Below, piece by piece: positions 29,268-37,568 of a stretch of 64,000 nt of DNA; the stretch's first letter is position 1; every line of letters starts with the position of its first letter. The stretch is taken from positions 32,001 through 96,000 of the IMG/VR virus record IMGVR_UViG_3300043446_004967, one strand, 5' to 3'. The notes under the pieces were generated by a model. The model was not told where the DNA came from. It made no database searches and saw only the letters and a program-made list of their open reading frames with translations. This DNA is from a virus. The position numbers were made by a program, and so were the translations under genes.

Positions 29268-29783
29268 TCATCCCAAGGAGGAAGTACTCGACGGGATCCT
29301 TATTAGTATTATTAACTCCCCTCCCCTCCCCTCCGTCGGAACGGGAAGGGGGTCCGCGTTCGGCCTGCTCCGTTTTTGCGGACCCCGCTCTGCAAAAATA
29401 TCTATAAAACGTTTTCGTACGTCCTCGTTGGAAAGGGAACAACACTCGCGTTCGGCGCGTGTTATTTTGCGTAGGTGCTCCGTAAGGCGGAACTCCGTCT
29501 TGCTGACATGACGAGGATCCAATCCAAGATCTTCCATGACATCTTTAACATTGCTCCCCTCGACAAAGCGGAGCGCCGTCTCCAAGGTGCATTTAACCTC
29601 TCGACAACGCTTTAATAGACTTCCCATACTCATGTCCACGTACCGCTCGTGGCCGAGAGGCCAACGGCACCTCGACACAACGTCGCTATGGAGACGCGCG
29701 ACCTCACGGTCGGCGTGAAGCGTAACTTTGTGGTATTCGGCCACAACCGGAGGAACCCGATCAAACCTGTCCCAGTGCGTCAT
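29268..29783 (-). CDS. Hypothetical protein (paralog of 29799..30176)
   Basis: WPLGHERY and ERE..SLSNE motifs; GGGAGG RBS. Confidence 0.6.
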   Translation of the reverse strand: MTHWDRFDRVPPVVAEYHKVTLHADREVARLHSDVVSRCRWPLGHERYVDMSMGSLLKRCREVKCTLETALRFVEGSNVKDVMEDLGLDPRHVSKTEFRLTEHLRKITRAERECCSLSNEDVRKRFIDIFAERGPQKRSRPNADPLPVPTEGRGGELIILIRIPSSTSSLG

Positions 29784-29798
29784 TAAGGCGCCTCCCTT

Positions 29799-30176
29799 CT
29801 ATTGGAAAATTCTTTTTATTAACTCCCGCGCCCCTTCGTCGGAAAGGGAGGGGAGTTCGCGTTCTGCCTGGGCTACCCGAGATAACCCCCAAGCGGGGCG
29901 TTCCTCCGCTAACTCTATGGTCGAGGAGCCGTAGCAAAAACTAGCCATCGCACCCTCCACGCCGCTCTCTCGCCAGAAATTTGCAGCAGCGACGAAATCT
30001 TCTTTTATCCAGACCAGCCGCTGGGCTATCTTTTCTTTATTCATTTCCCAATATTGTTCGTGGCCCGGCGGCCAGTCATCCATTGAGGAAATATCGCTCA
30101 GGAGATTTTCTATTTCCCCTTCCGCGCTGCGCATAAGTCTGAGAAACTCTTCATAAGTTTCTAAGGGGCTGTTCAT
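29799..30176 (-). CDS. Hypothetical protein (paralog of 29268..29783)
   Basis: WPPGHEQY and ERE..SLSDE motifs. Confidence 0.65.
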   Translation of the reverse strand: MNSPLETYEEFLRLMRSAEGEIENLLSDISSMDDWPPGHEQYWEMNKEKIAQRLVWIKEDFVAAANFWRESGVEGAMASFCYGSSTIELAEERPAWGLSRVAQAERELPSLSDEGARELIKRIFQ

Positions 30177-30195
30177 TTATATCCCCTCTACTTCT

Positions 30196-30336
30196 CTACT
30201 TTAACTCGTTCACTTTTGGCTTTTGTTGTGCCAAAATAACATCTAAGGTGGCATTTAACTTCGTCACGGCAATGAGAAGTTTTAAAACCGCTTCGCATGC
30301 CTCTTTTTCTTTTTTCTTTTTGTCAAATCAAAACAT
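30196..30336 (-). pseudogene. Small gene with TGA at codon 3
   Basis: AAGGAGG RBS, ATG TTT TGA, then 43 open codons. Confidence 0.45.
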
Positions 30337-30355
30337 TAGGAAGCCTCCTTTTTTG

Positions 30356-30718
30356 TTACAAATCGTTTTCTTCTATATCCACTACTTCGTCATAAACCAT
30401 CTCTACCTCTGGATGGCGCTCAAACAAATCGTATAGTTTATCAAAAAACTCATAGTAATCGCCGTTTCCTGCGCATAGTAGATAAGGTTTTCGGTGTAGC
30501 ATTATGATGTACCCCCGCGCATAGAAACTCGACATACTCAATGTTATTTCAACATTAACACGCCGATTGCCTATCATTTCCTCAAAATGTCTGTTGTAGT
30601 CCATAAAGAGAGGTATCATGAGGCGCAAAAGCTTCCCCAAATTCGGATCTTCACTAATAGCGCTCTCAATTTCTTCCTTTTGTTTATATAGGTAGAAATT
30701 TTCTGGGTTCCAGTTCAC
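30356..30718 (-). CDS. Hypothetical protein (AT-rich block)
   Basis: GGAGG RBS, GTG start. Confidence 0.6.
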   Translation of the reverse strand: MNWNPENFYLYKQKEEIESAISEDPNLGKLLRLMIPLFMDYNRHFEEMIGNRRVNVEITLSMSSFYARGYIIMLHRKPYLLCAGNGDYYEFFDKLYDLFERHPEVEMVYDEVVDIEENDL

Positions 30719-31308
30719 TACTTTCCCTCCTCCGCTCTTGACGACGCCACTCGGCTAAGATTTTGCGGTACACCCGTCGGGTTTTTTTCCGTTATTTCCA
30801 AGTCAGAACACGCACTGACTGCTTTAATAAGCTCGGCTATTATATGAAGATTGTCAAACTTATCAAATGAACCCAGTTCATAAGCCCATCCCAAATGGTT
30901 ATGCTGGTACGCTTCTTTTTTTTGCTCCTCTTTATGTGAAAATTTTATGTAGTATCGGTCGTGCGGCCATACAAAATTGTTTTGGTAATTGTTTTTTTTG
31001 CTTCTGGCTTTCGCTTTTTTCCCCCACCTATCCTCCCATCTTTTGTCCCATCGACGCCCGCCCTGTCTCTGAATGCGGACGGTAAATTCGCCTGTTTGGT
31101 AGTCTTCGCCGATTTGGCCAAGGGTGACCCATAACGAGGCAGGCCCCCATTTGCGCCCCCCTTCATCATCCTTGCCTTCTCGCCTTTTTCGGCTGTCTTT
31201 AAACGTTTGTGCCACCAAGTAGGCAAACTTGGCAGCTTCATATAGCCTGCCATGATCCGGAAAGGCGTAAATACCATCTTTTGTGATGGTGCATTTTGCA
31301 ATTGTCAT
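30718..31308 (-). CDS. Hypothetical protein
   Basis: RBS; coupled stop/start. Confidence 0.6.
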   Translation of the reverse strand: MTIAKCTITKDGIYAFPDHGRLYEAAKFAYLVAQTFKDSRKRREGKDDEGGRKWGPASLWVTLGQIGEDYQTGEFTVRIQRQGGRRWDKRWEDRWGKKAKARSKKNNYQNNFVWPHDRYYIKFSHKEEQKKEAYQHNHLGWAYELGSFDKFDNLHIIAELIKAVSACSDLEITEKNPTGVPQNLSRVASSRAEEGK

Positions 31309-31324
31309 TTTTATGCCCCTTCCT

Positions 31325-32176
31325 TTAGATTAATAATAATTTCTGGGTATCGGCCTCTACGTTCCTTTTTGGGAACATTTCTTCCGACGTATTGATGTGA
31401 TATTGAAGCATTCCGTTTTGCTTCGATAAGTTATATGTCGGAGTCTGCGAGTCCCATTCGCAGATCATTAATGTTCTTATTGCATCATTAATACCTATTA
31501 TTAATAAGTAATCCTGCATATTTGTTTCAAATATTTTAAACTGCAATCCCATTTTTTTAATTTCATTAAATACTTCAAATAACGCAATTTTTTTCCTCAC
31601 CCTGTGCGCGAGTATATGGGGAAAGGTTCTCTCTCCGTGACCAGTTTGTGCCTCGTCGCAATAATAATCAACCTCCTCGTAATACTTTTCTTCCGCCAGC
31701 TCAATAAGTGCGGATTTGTATTGATCCTCTTTAATAACATCATTTTTAGAGTATTCGTAAAATACCTCCTTACACTCATCTTCTTGTTGGCTTATTCTTT
31801 CGCCCAAGACTAAAAACGACTCGCTTCTTCCGTAGTCCTTTGCTACATTTTCGTGTGACTTTTTTTCGCTATTGATTATTTTATTCCTCATTATTTCTTT
31901 TTGAATATCTTTATTCCATTCGTAAAAATACTCAAAATGAAGCCCGGCCATTCCCTCATCATACGTCACGTATGTTTTATATCTTTTAGTCTTTCTTGAG
32001 CGAGATTCGTAAGTTATTACGGTTCTCGTATCCAATCTTTTTAAACATATAGTGATTTCATACTTCGTAAAAGGGTAACGTACTTCGGCCTTTATACCGT
32101 TTTTGGTTTTTTCTACTTTTGTTCCTTTTCCTTTTTCTTGGAAAAAGCGCATTAATGTTTTGTCATTAAGTGACAT
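31325..32176 (-). CDS. Hypothetical protein (AT-rich)
   Basis: 283-aa ORF. Confidence 0.65.
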   Translation of the reverse strand: MSLNDKTLMRFFQEKGKGTKVEKTKNGIKAEVRYPFTKYEITICLKRLDTRTVITYESRSRKTKRYKTYVTYDEGMAGLHFEYFYEWNKDIQKEIMRNKIINSEKKSHENVAKDYGRSESFLVLGERISQQEDECKEVFYEYSKNDVIKEDQYKSALIELAEEKYYEEVDYYCDEAQTGHGERTFPHILAHRVRKKIALFEVFNEIKKMGLQFKIFETNMQDYLLIIGINDAIRTLMICEWDSQTPTYNLSKQNGMLQYHINTSEEMFPKRNVEADTQKLLLI

Positions 32177-32211
32177 AAATAACTTTCCCTACTCTCTGTT
32201 ACCAGGTGGAC

Positions 32212-32520
32212 TTAATCCGCTTCTCGCGGCCACATCCCAGAACGTTTAAATTCATTCCATTTTTGGAGCCAACGCAGTTCCACAATGGGACGGGTGACAA
32301 GGTTCAGGCTTTTCCATGCGTCTGAAGCTTTAAGCTTTGCCATAAAGAAATCCGCCTTTTGAGGGCGTATGTATTCATCCCCCGTCATCAATTCGTCCGC
32401 CAGTTTCATGGCGTTTTCGATTTGCATATAATATTTATTATTATTGCAATCATATTGAGCAAAGCGCGGGCGGCCTTTGCTGTCCAAATCGACGGCGGCG
32501 TTGTTGTTGTTATTTTCCAT
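32212..32520 (-). CDS. Poly-Asn N-terminal protein (paralog A)
   Basis: MENNNNNAAVDLDSKGRPR...SLNLVTRPIVEL. Confidence 0.7.
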   Translation of the reverse strand: MENNNNNAAVDLDSKGRPRFAQYDCNNNKYYMQIENAMKLADELMTGDEYIRPQKADFFMAKLKASDAWKSLNLVTRPIVELRWLQKWNEFKRSGMWPREAD

Positions 32521-32582
32521 CTCAATTCTCCACTGATTATTCTTTGTTAATTTTTGTTCGTGTCCGAAATGGCGGCTATTCC

Positions 32583-32843
32583 CTAACAGCAGCTAATCGG
32601 CACACCCGTTCTACGCGCCTCGTCTTCGGTAATTTCAGCGACGTATGGGCAATCGCCGGCTTTTGCGATGCGGACCTCCGATAAGCTAACCGCTGCCTGC
32701 TTGTACGGCCTTTGCTCGGGGTCGTAGGGGTCGCATCGTAAGCACCGTACCCACTCGACCAGCGCGATGCCCTCCTGTTCGTTTACCTCATCCACCCAAA
32801 CATGGGTGGCAACAACGGGGACTCTCCATTTGAGCTGTTCCAT
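32583..32843 (-). CDS. Hypothetical protein
   Basis: RBS. Confidence 0.55.
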   Translation of the reverse strand: MEQLKWRVPVVATHVWVDEVNEQEGIALVEWVRCLRCDPYDPEQRPYKQAAVSLSEVRIAKAGDCPYVAEITEDEARRTGVPISCC

Positions 32844-32910
32844 GCCATTCCCCTATTTAAATTCCCCCGCCATTTTTTAATTAACGGGCGGGGGTTGTAA
32901 GGTTTTTTGA

Positions 32911-33375
32911 CTAGGCAGCGCGCCTGGATTGCCACAGGCGTACCGCCGCTTTTCTGTTAGATATCGAAACCCCGTTTCTTTTTAATACCCGACACCCTTC
33001 AGATATTGCGGTAACTTCGCTTCCATAATAGGCCGCTTCAATCTCGCGCGCCCACTCCTCCAATTTAGCGTTGTACGCAGCGATTAACGCCGGGGCCTCG
33101 GCCTCAGCCTTTTGCTTGGCCCGCGCCTCCGCCTCGGCCTTTTCTTTTCTTTCTTTGTAAAGTTTGGGTACCAAATCCCAGCTTTGGGGGGTTTGGCCCT
33201 CGGTCACACCCTTTATGAACTCTTTAAAACTCCCCTCTTTTCCGTGTTCTATCATGAATGATAAATGAGCAAGGCTCATCTTCATTATCATTTGATTACC
33301 TTTTTCAGACCCCGAAAAAGCTTCCATGTACATGACGGCGAAATGGGCCGTAAGAGCAAAGTCTTGGGTTCCCAT
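32911..33375 (-). CDS. Hypothetical protein
   Basis: Start after the promoter at ~33422-33450. Confidence 0.6.
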   Translation of the reverse strand: MGTQDFALTAHFAVMYMEAFSGSEKGNQMIMKMSLAHLSFMIEHGKEGSFKEFIKGVTEGQTPQSWDLVPKLYKERKEKAEAEARAKQKAEAEAPALIAAYNAKLEEWAREIEAAYYGSEVTAISEGCRVLKRNGVSISNRKAAVRLWQSRRAA

Positions 33376-33403
33376 GATTTTCCCCTTTTTTGCTTCTAAT
33401 TTG

Positions 33404-33571
33404 TTTTTTTCTTCTAAAACCAGCCTACCCTCTTTCTTGTCGCTCGTCAAGAGACAAATTTGGCGAACACATAAAAAAACCGCCCCGTGCCCAGAGCGGT
33501 TCCCTTGTAAAGGTTTCTTATTCCTTCCGGATGAAGCCCAGGATAAGGCCCGGCGCAGCGGAGTCGAACCC
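33404..33571. repeat. 168-bp direct repeat, copy A (Ro60 3' end + terminator + promoter)
   Basis: Near-identical to 35493-35660. Confidence 0.92.
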
Positions 33572-34537
33572 GTGACGCGCAGTACGAGACTTGACGGAAG
33601 TAAATTTTTTGTACCTCACTAAGAATTTAACTAAATTTTTATCTATCTCCTCCTTAGGCGGAAGGTCTATAGGAAGTAGCGCGTCTTTCTCCGCGCTGTG
33701 CCGCATTTCCTTTTTCCTCTCGAAGTCAACACAGACACTTTGGTCCGCCGCCCAAGTCAGGCGGGCGCCCTCACGGGTTTTGCCGCGTCGGCCCAGACGG
33801 CCGATCTTTTGGGCGATTTCCAAACCACCGTCCAGATCGTTCACTGCGAGGATAAGATTCTCGCACGGAAGGTTCACGCCCTGCTGGGCGATGTTGGACG
33901 TAATCAGCGTATTAAGTTTTCCCCTTCTAAATTGCAAAAACTTAGTGAATATGTCGTATTCACTTCGCCGCCGGTCCGCGACGGCAAATTTTTCACCCAT
34001 CTTAGATAAAACGCCCTGCCAGTAATCCACGTCTCGCCATGACGTGCACAAAATTAAGGTCGGCACCTGACCGATCCGCTCGGTCGCCTCAGTCAAGTCG
34101 ATTTGCTCCTTTTGCGCCATCGGCGGGGCCGGCAACTCAACAACTCTATCCTCCTTTGGAATTTCAAACGGAACAGTTGCTGAAAGGCAGGTTACTTTTG
34201 TCTCGCCTTTCCGGCACGCCGCCATCAATGCGCGTAGGTGGACGCGCTGGCCCAAATACTCCCCGTCGACCCAATGCGCCTCGTCGATTATGACGGTTTT
34301 GTATTTTTTTACCGCCGCTAGACTGAGCGCCTGATAGGTGGCAAAAAGATTTCTAGTTCCCTCAATATGAGCCACACCCGTCTTGAGGGCGTCCCCTTCT
34401 CGCCCATAGTCAAGCCACGCCTCCATGGCCAAGAGTCGCGTCGGGGCCAGAAAGGCGAAAGGGGCTTGCGCCTCGCTAATCGCCTTGTAAGTTTTACCAG
34501 ACCCTGTAGGCCCGGTAATCCATGTGATTTTACTCAT
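33518..34537 (-). CDS. Compact SF2 (Suv3-like) helicase
   Basis: GPTGSGKT, APTRLLAME, IIDEAH, SAT, QGVNLP, QKIGRLGR. Confidence 0.85.
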   Translation of the reverse strand: MSKITWITGPTGSGKTYKAISEAQAPFAFLAPTRLLAMEAWLDYGREGDALKTGVAHIEGTRNLFATYQALSLAAVKKYKTVIIDEAHWVDGEYLGQRVHLRALMAACRKGETKVTCLSATVPFEIPKEDRVVELPAPPMAQKEQIDLTEATERIGQVPTLILCTSWRDVDYWQGVLSKMGEKFAVADRRRSEYDIFTKFLQFRRGKLNTLITSNIAQQGVNLPCENLILAVNDLDGGLEIAQKIGRLGRRGKTREGARLTWAADQSVCVDFERKKEMRHSAEKDALLPIDLPPKEEIDKNLVKFLVRYKKFTSVKSRTARHGFDSAAPGLILGFIRKE

Positions 34538-34934
34538 CCTCATCCCCCGCCCTCGTTCGGAAGTCATCCCCGAGCCATTCGACGACTCGGTTAAATTCCA
34601 GCCCCTCCGCCTCCCTAGGCCATTCGACATGATCGGCTCTTCGGAAGAGGTTCCATTTTCGGAGTAAACAAAGCTCCACAATTGGCCTCGTCACTAAATT
34701 GAGCGAGGCCCAGCAAGACGATTTCTTTAGGGTATCAATCAATTCTTGTCCCGATCTAGGGCGAACATGAGGATCGCCGTCCATTATTTCGTCGGCTATA
34801 TTCAATGCTGTATTGATTTGCCTATAATATTCATTATTATCGCAATCATATTTACAAAGGCGCGGGCGGCCTTTGCTGTCCAAATCGACGGCGGCGTTGT
34901 TGTTGTTGTTGTTGTTGTTGTTGTTATTTTCCAT
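34530..34934 (-). CDS. Poly-Asn N-terminal protein (paralog B)
   Basis: Longer AAC tract; same motifs as 32212..32520. Confidence 0.7.
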   Translation of the reverse strand: MENNNNNNNNNNNAAVDLDSKGRPRLCKYDCDNNEYYRQINTALNIADEIMDGDPHVRPRSGQELIDTLKKSSCWASLNLVTRPIVELCLLRKWNLFRRADHVEWPREAEGLEFNRVVEWLGDDFRTRAGDEDE

Positions 34935-34947
34935 TTCGCTTCCCCTT

Positions 34948-35211
34948 TTATGGATTTTTGTCAAATTTGGTGTATTTTTTTGCCGCAGCAGCAAAATCGG
35001 CTGCCTTTTCGGCGTAAAGCGGGTCAAAGTTAGCCGCCTCCGCCATCTTCACCGCCGCTTCCCGGAAGCGGTATTGCGTGAACAAAGCCAGCGCAAAGAG
35101 GGCCTTGGCTTGCGCTGCCCGCTGGACCGCGCGCCGCGCCTCCTCCATTGCCTCCTGCTCTAACTCCAGCATCCCCCCCGCACCTCTCGCGGAACCCTCC
35201 ACAGGCATCAC
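34948..35211 (-). CDS. Small TPR-like protein
   Basis: AKALFALALFTQYRFREAAVKMAEAANFDP. Confidence 0.5.
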   Translation of the reverse strand: MMPVEGSARGAGGMLELEQEAMEEARRAVQRAAQAKALFALALFTQYRFREAAVKMAEAANFDPLYAEKAADFAAAAKKYTKFDKNP

Positions 35212-35223
35212 CTTTCCCCCGCG

Positions 35224-35472
35224 TCAGTTACTTTTTAGTCGTTGATCGTACTCATCAACGAACTTTTGAAAGTATGGCGCGAGTGACCCCGCGTTAGCCA
35301 TACATTGCCGCGCCTTACTCAGATCACCCCGCTGTTCGTGCGTTCGCGCCAGCCAGTATTCGGCAGCGCAGCTCGCGGCCACTGAGCGCTGAAAACATTC
35401 GTCAGCGCTCATCGCCGGCGTAAATGCCAGCTCCGCGTAAGGCCACCTCTTTCTACGGAATAATGAAAACAC
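35224..35472 (-). CDS. Small TPR-like protein
   Basis: AEYWLARTHEQRGDLSKARQCMANA. Confidence 0.5.
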   Translation of the reverse strand: MFSLFRRKRWPYAELAFTPAMSADECFQRSVAASCAAEYWLARTHEQRGDLSKARQCMANAGSLAPYFQKFVDEYDQRLKSN

Positions 35473-35492
35473 TTACCTGTAACCCCTTTTTC

Positions 35493-35660
35493 TTTTTTTC
35501 TTCTAAAACCAGCCTACCCTCTTTCGTGTCGCTCGTCAAGAGACAAATTTGGCGAACACATAAAAAAACCGCCCCGTGCTCAGGGCGGTTCCCTTGTAAA
35601 ACCCCCTTATTCCTTCCGGATGAAGCCCATGATAAGGCCCGGCGCAGCGGAGTCGAACCC
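35493..35660. repeat. 168-bp direct repeat, copy B
   Basis: Near-identical to 33404-33571. Confidence 0.92.
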
Positions 35661-36308
35661 AGATACCCCGAAGGACAACGGGTCTTTCGGGTCCGCTACG
35701 GATCCCCTGTTCGCGGCAGCCGCAAGAACCACCAGCTTGGCCTTCGGGTGGCTCATGCGCAGAAGATCCCGCAAGGTCCACTCGTTGCGATTGTAGTATT
35801 TAAGTGCCTGCCAAACTAACGCCTCGCCGGACTTCTCAGTAAACCAACGGGCGACCGCATCCCGCAAACCGCGACCCCATCCCCGCAACTTGTCCGAAAA
35901 ACTTACAAACATTAGAATGTCGGTGCCCGTGCGGGCGACCGAGGGCAAGGCAGCTAAGGCCAGCCCCTTCGCCTCCGGCGTGGAGCACGACGCGACCAAC
36001 GCTAAGGCAAAGATAACAGTATCCCGCTTCGCCGCCCTGCCGGCCATGCTGATCTCTACGATACGCGCGATAACGCGCACTGCGTCCCGCTCACACAATG
36101 TGAGCAGGATTATCGCGTTCTCTTTAGTCAATGCCTCCGGACGCACGTAATACGTGCCGTTTTGCGATCCCGTTGTTAAAAAACGGTCCAACTGCTCCCA
36201 CGGGTCCACCTCGTAGTAGGCGCCCCCGGCATTATTGGGGACTTGCCCCGGCAGAGGCTTTTTCGTAGAAAGCCCGCTCCCGCGCAAAATATCGCCATAC
36301 TTCGTCAT
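35607..36308 (-). CDS. Ro60/TROVE (Rsr) homolog with a large in-frame internal deletion
   Basis: QVPNNAGGAYY..LDRFLTTGSQNGTYY, ARTGT, GWGRGLR, KY..R.EWTLRDLLRMSHPK joined directly to the C-terminal AKLVV..SVADP.D..GFDSAAP. Confidence 0.9.
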   Translation of the reverse strand: MTKYGDILRGSGLSTKKPLPGQVPNNAGGAYYEVDPWEQLDRFLTTGSQNGTYYVRPEALTKENAIILLTLCERDAVRVIARIVEISMAGRAAKRDTVIFALALVASCSTPEAKGLALAALPSVARTGTDILMFVSFSDKLRGWGRGLRDAVARWFTEKSGEALVWQALKYYNRNEWTLRDLLRMSHPKAKLVVLAAAANRGSVADPKDPLSFGVSGFDSAAPGLIMGFIRKE

Positions 36309-36432
36309 TTTTTACGTCCTCTTTTCTCTTGTGTGCAGGCGTAACCCTGCACTGCCGCACGCTCAGCCGTCAACTACGGGAACCGCGAATAAGGCAAAAT
36401 GAAAAAAACGAGGGGGGTGGAGAAGAAAAGGC

Positions 36433-36533
36433 GCGGGGCACGCTCAGCAGAAAAGCGATTAATAGCAGACGGCAATGCTGCTAATAAAACTGCGACTGTC
36501 ACACAGTGGCTTGCTGCTGGTCTGGTGCCCCGC
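36433..36533 (-). ncRNA. Structured RNA element 4 (long closed hairpin, different class)
   Basis: Terminal stem GCGGGGCAC/GTGCCCCGC with internal hairpins. Confidence 0.5.
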
Positions 36534-36543
36534 ATAAAAGTAA

Positions 36544-36628
36544 CTCTAAACGAATTAGACATGCTTGTCGCACAGGAGCATATGATTACAAGTCATAACC
36601 TATGCGCTACGGCCCAACCCGTTTAGAG
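36544..36628 (-). ncRNA. Y-RNA-like (Yrl-type) element 3
   Basis: Closing stem; GGGCCG...GGUUAU...AUGUC; UAUGA-CUUGUAA-UCAUA hairpin. Confidence 0.7.
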
Positions 36629-36636
36629 ATACGGTA

Positions 36637-36717
36637 TAAACAAACTGGACATTAGTTGCCCACAGGAGGGTATGTATTTCAAGGACATAACCTGCGAGCA
36701 TCGGCCCAGTTTGTTTA
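36637..36717 (-). ncRNA. Y-RNA-like (Yrl-type) element 2
   Basis: 12-bp closing stem; GGGCCGAUG...GGUUAU...AUGUCC. Confidence 0.7.
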
Positions 36718-36719
36718 AG

Positions 36720-36802
36720 TATCGGGCATAAATCACCAGCCGGAGAGGGCGCAAGGCCCCATTTAGTATCTTGAATGATAACCAGCCGGTAGCGGCTCGA
36801 TA
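36720..36802 (-). ncRNA. Y-RNA-like (Yrl-type) element 1
   Basis: Closing stem; GAGCCG...GGUUAUC...AUGCCC. Confidence 0.65.
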
Positions 36803-36808
36803 AAAAGA

Positions 36809-36837
36809 ACTCTATCGCAAAGCCCCGAACGACGCAA
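36809..36837 (-). promoter_or_regulatory. Promoter of the Y-RNA/Ro60 operon
   Basis: TTGCGT-17-TAGAGT immediately upstream of element 1. Confidence 0.6.
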
Positions 36838-37055
36838 GCTTTTTTTGAAAAAAATCAGCCGAACGCCAGTGCAATTTTTACTATACTATAGTCTAATAGG
36901 TATGTATCTAATTGAGGTTACTCTCGCCTAAGCGAGAGTAACCTACGTGGCGTGGCCTTACGGTCGAGAAATATACCACAATTACGGCGCCGCCCGAGGC
37001 GACGCGCTTAAATTCCCATTTACTATCTACTATTTGCCGGAAGGGAGACGGCCCG

Positions 37056-37538
37056 TTAACGGATAAGCCCCGTTCGCACGTATAAATGCAAATCCTCCGG
37101 AAGCTCCTGTACCTCCCGGCTCTCCATAAAATAACGGTAAGCCGCCTTTCCCGCCGCTTCAACCTTCTCTCTCTTATCCCAGGAAAAATCCTCTGGGCTA
37201 TGCCATGAGGACCAGCCAATGGAGACAATGTAAACTGGCCGTGCCTTGCACGTAAACGAAGAAAACTCCGAACTCGCCCCGTTCTCCTTCAAAAATGGCA
37301 GACAGTAACGTTTAGCCTCGTCGCGTAGTAGCAGCGCGGGAGATACAAAAGCGTCAATGTAGTGCCCGTGGCCCGGAAACTCCGTCGTCAAAGACACTAA
37401 AGCCGTCTGAGCCGCGTTATATACGGCTGAGTATGCCTTATTAAAATCGGACTCCCCTTTCTCGGAGAGGAAGCGGCAAGAGAACCTGTCTAACCGTAAT
37501 AATCCGTCGACCTTATCGGAGGAAATGAACACCGGCAT
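37056..37538 (-). CDS. Hypothetical protein
   Basis: ORF with RBS. Confidence 0.55.
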   Translation of the reverse strand: MPVFISSDKVDGLLRLDRFSCRFLSEKGESDFNKAYSAVYNAAQTALVSLTTEFPGHGHYIDAFVSPALLLRDEAKRYCLPFLKENGASSEFSSFTCKARPVYIVSIGWSSWHSPEDFSWDKREKVEAAGKAAYRYFMESREVQELPEDLHLYVRTGLIR

Positions 37539-37568
37539 ATGCCTATTACCCTTTTTTGAAACTAAAAA

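Noticed and set aside
30196-30336. Genome-wide TGA recoding
   Set aside because: TGA, TAG and TAA all end well-defined genes elsewhere, and conserved genes are not interrupted
33556-33571. tRNA at GGGTTCGACTCC (also 35645-35660)
   Set aside because: No cloverleaf; it encodes the GFDS of the Ro60 tail
32400-34935. DGR template/variable repeat pair
   Set aside because: Differences are not adenine-specific and there is no reverse transcriptase in the window; ordinary paralogs
36374-36626. Short ORFs over the RNA array
   Set aside because: No RBS or protein features; the stems and repeated RNA motifs explain the region better
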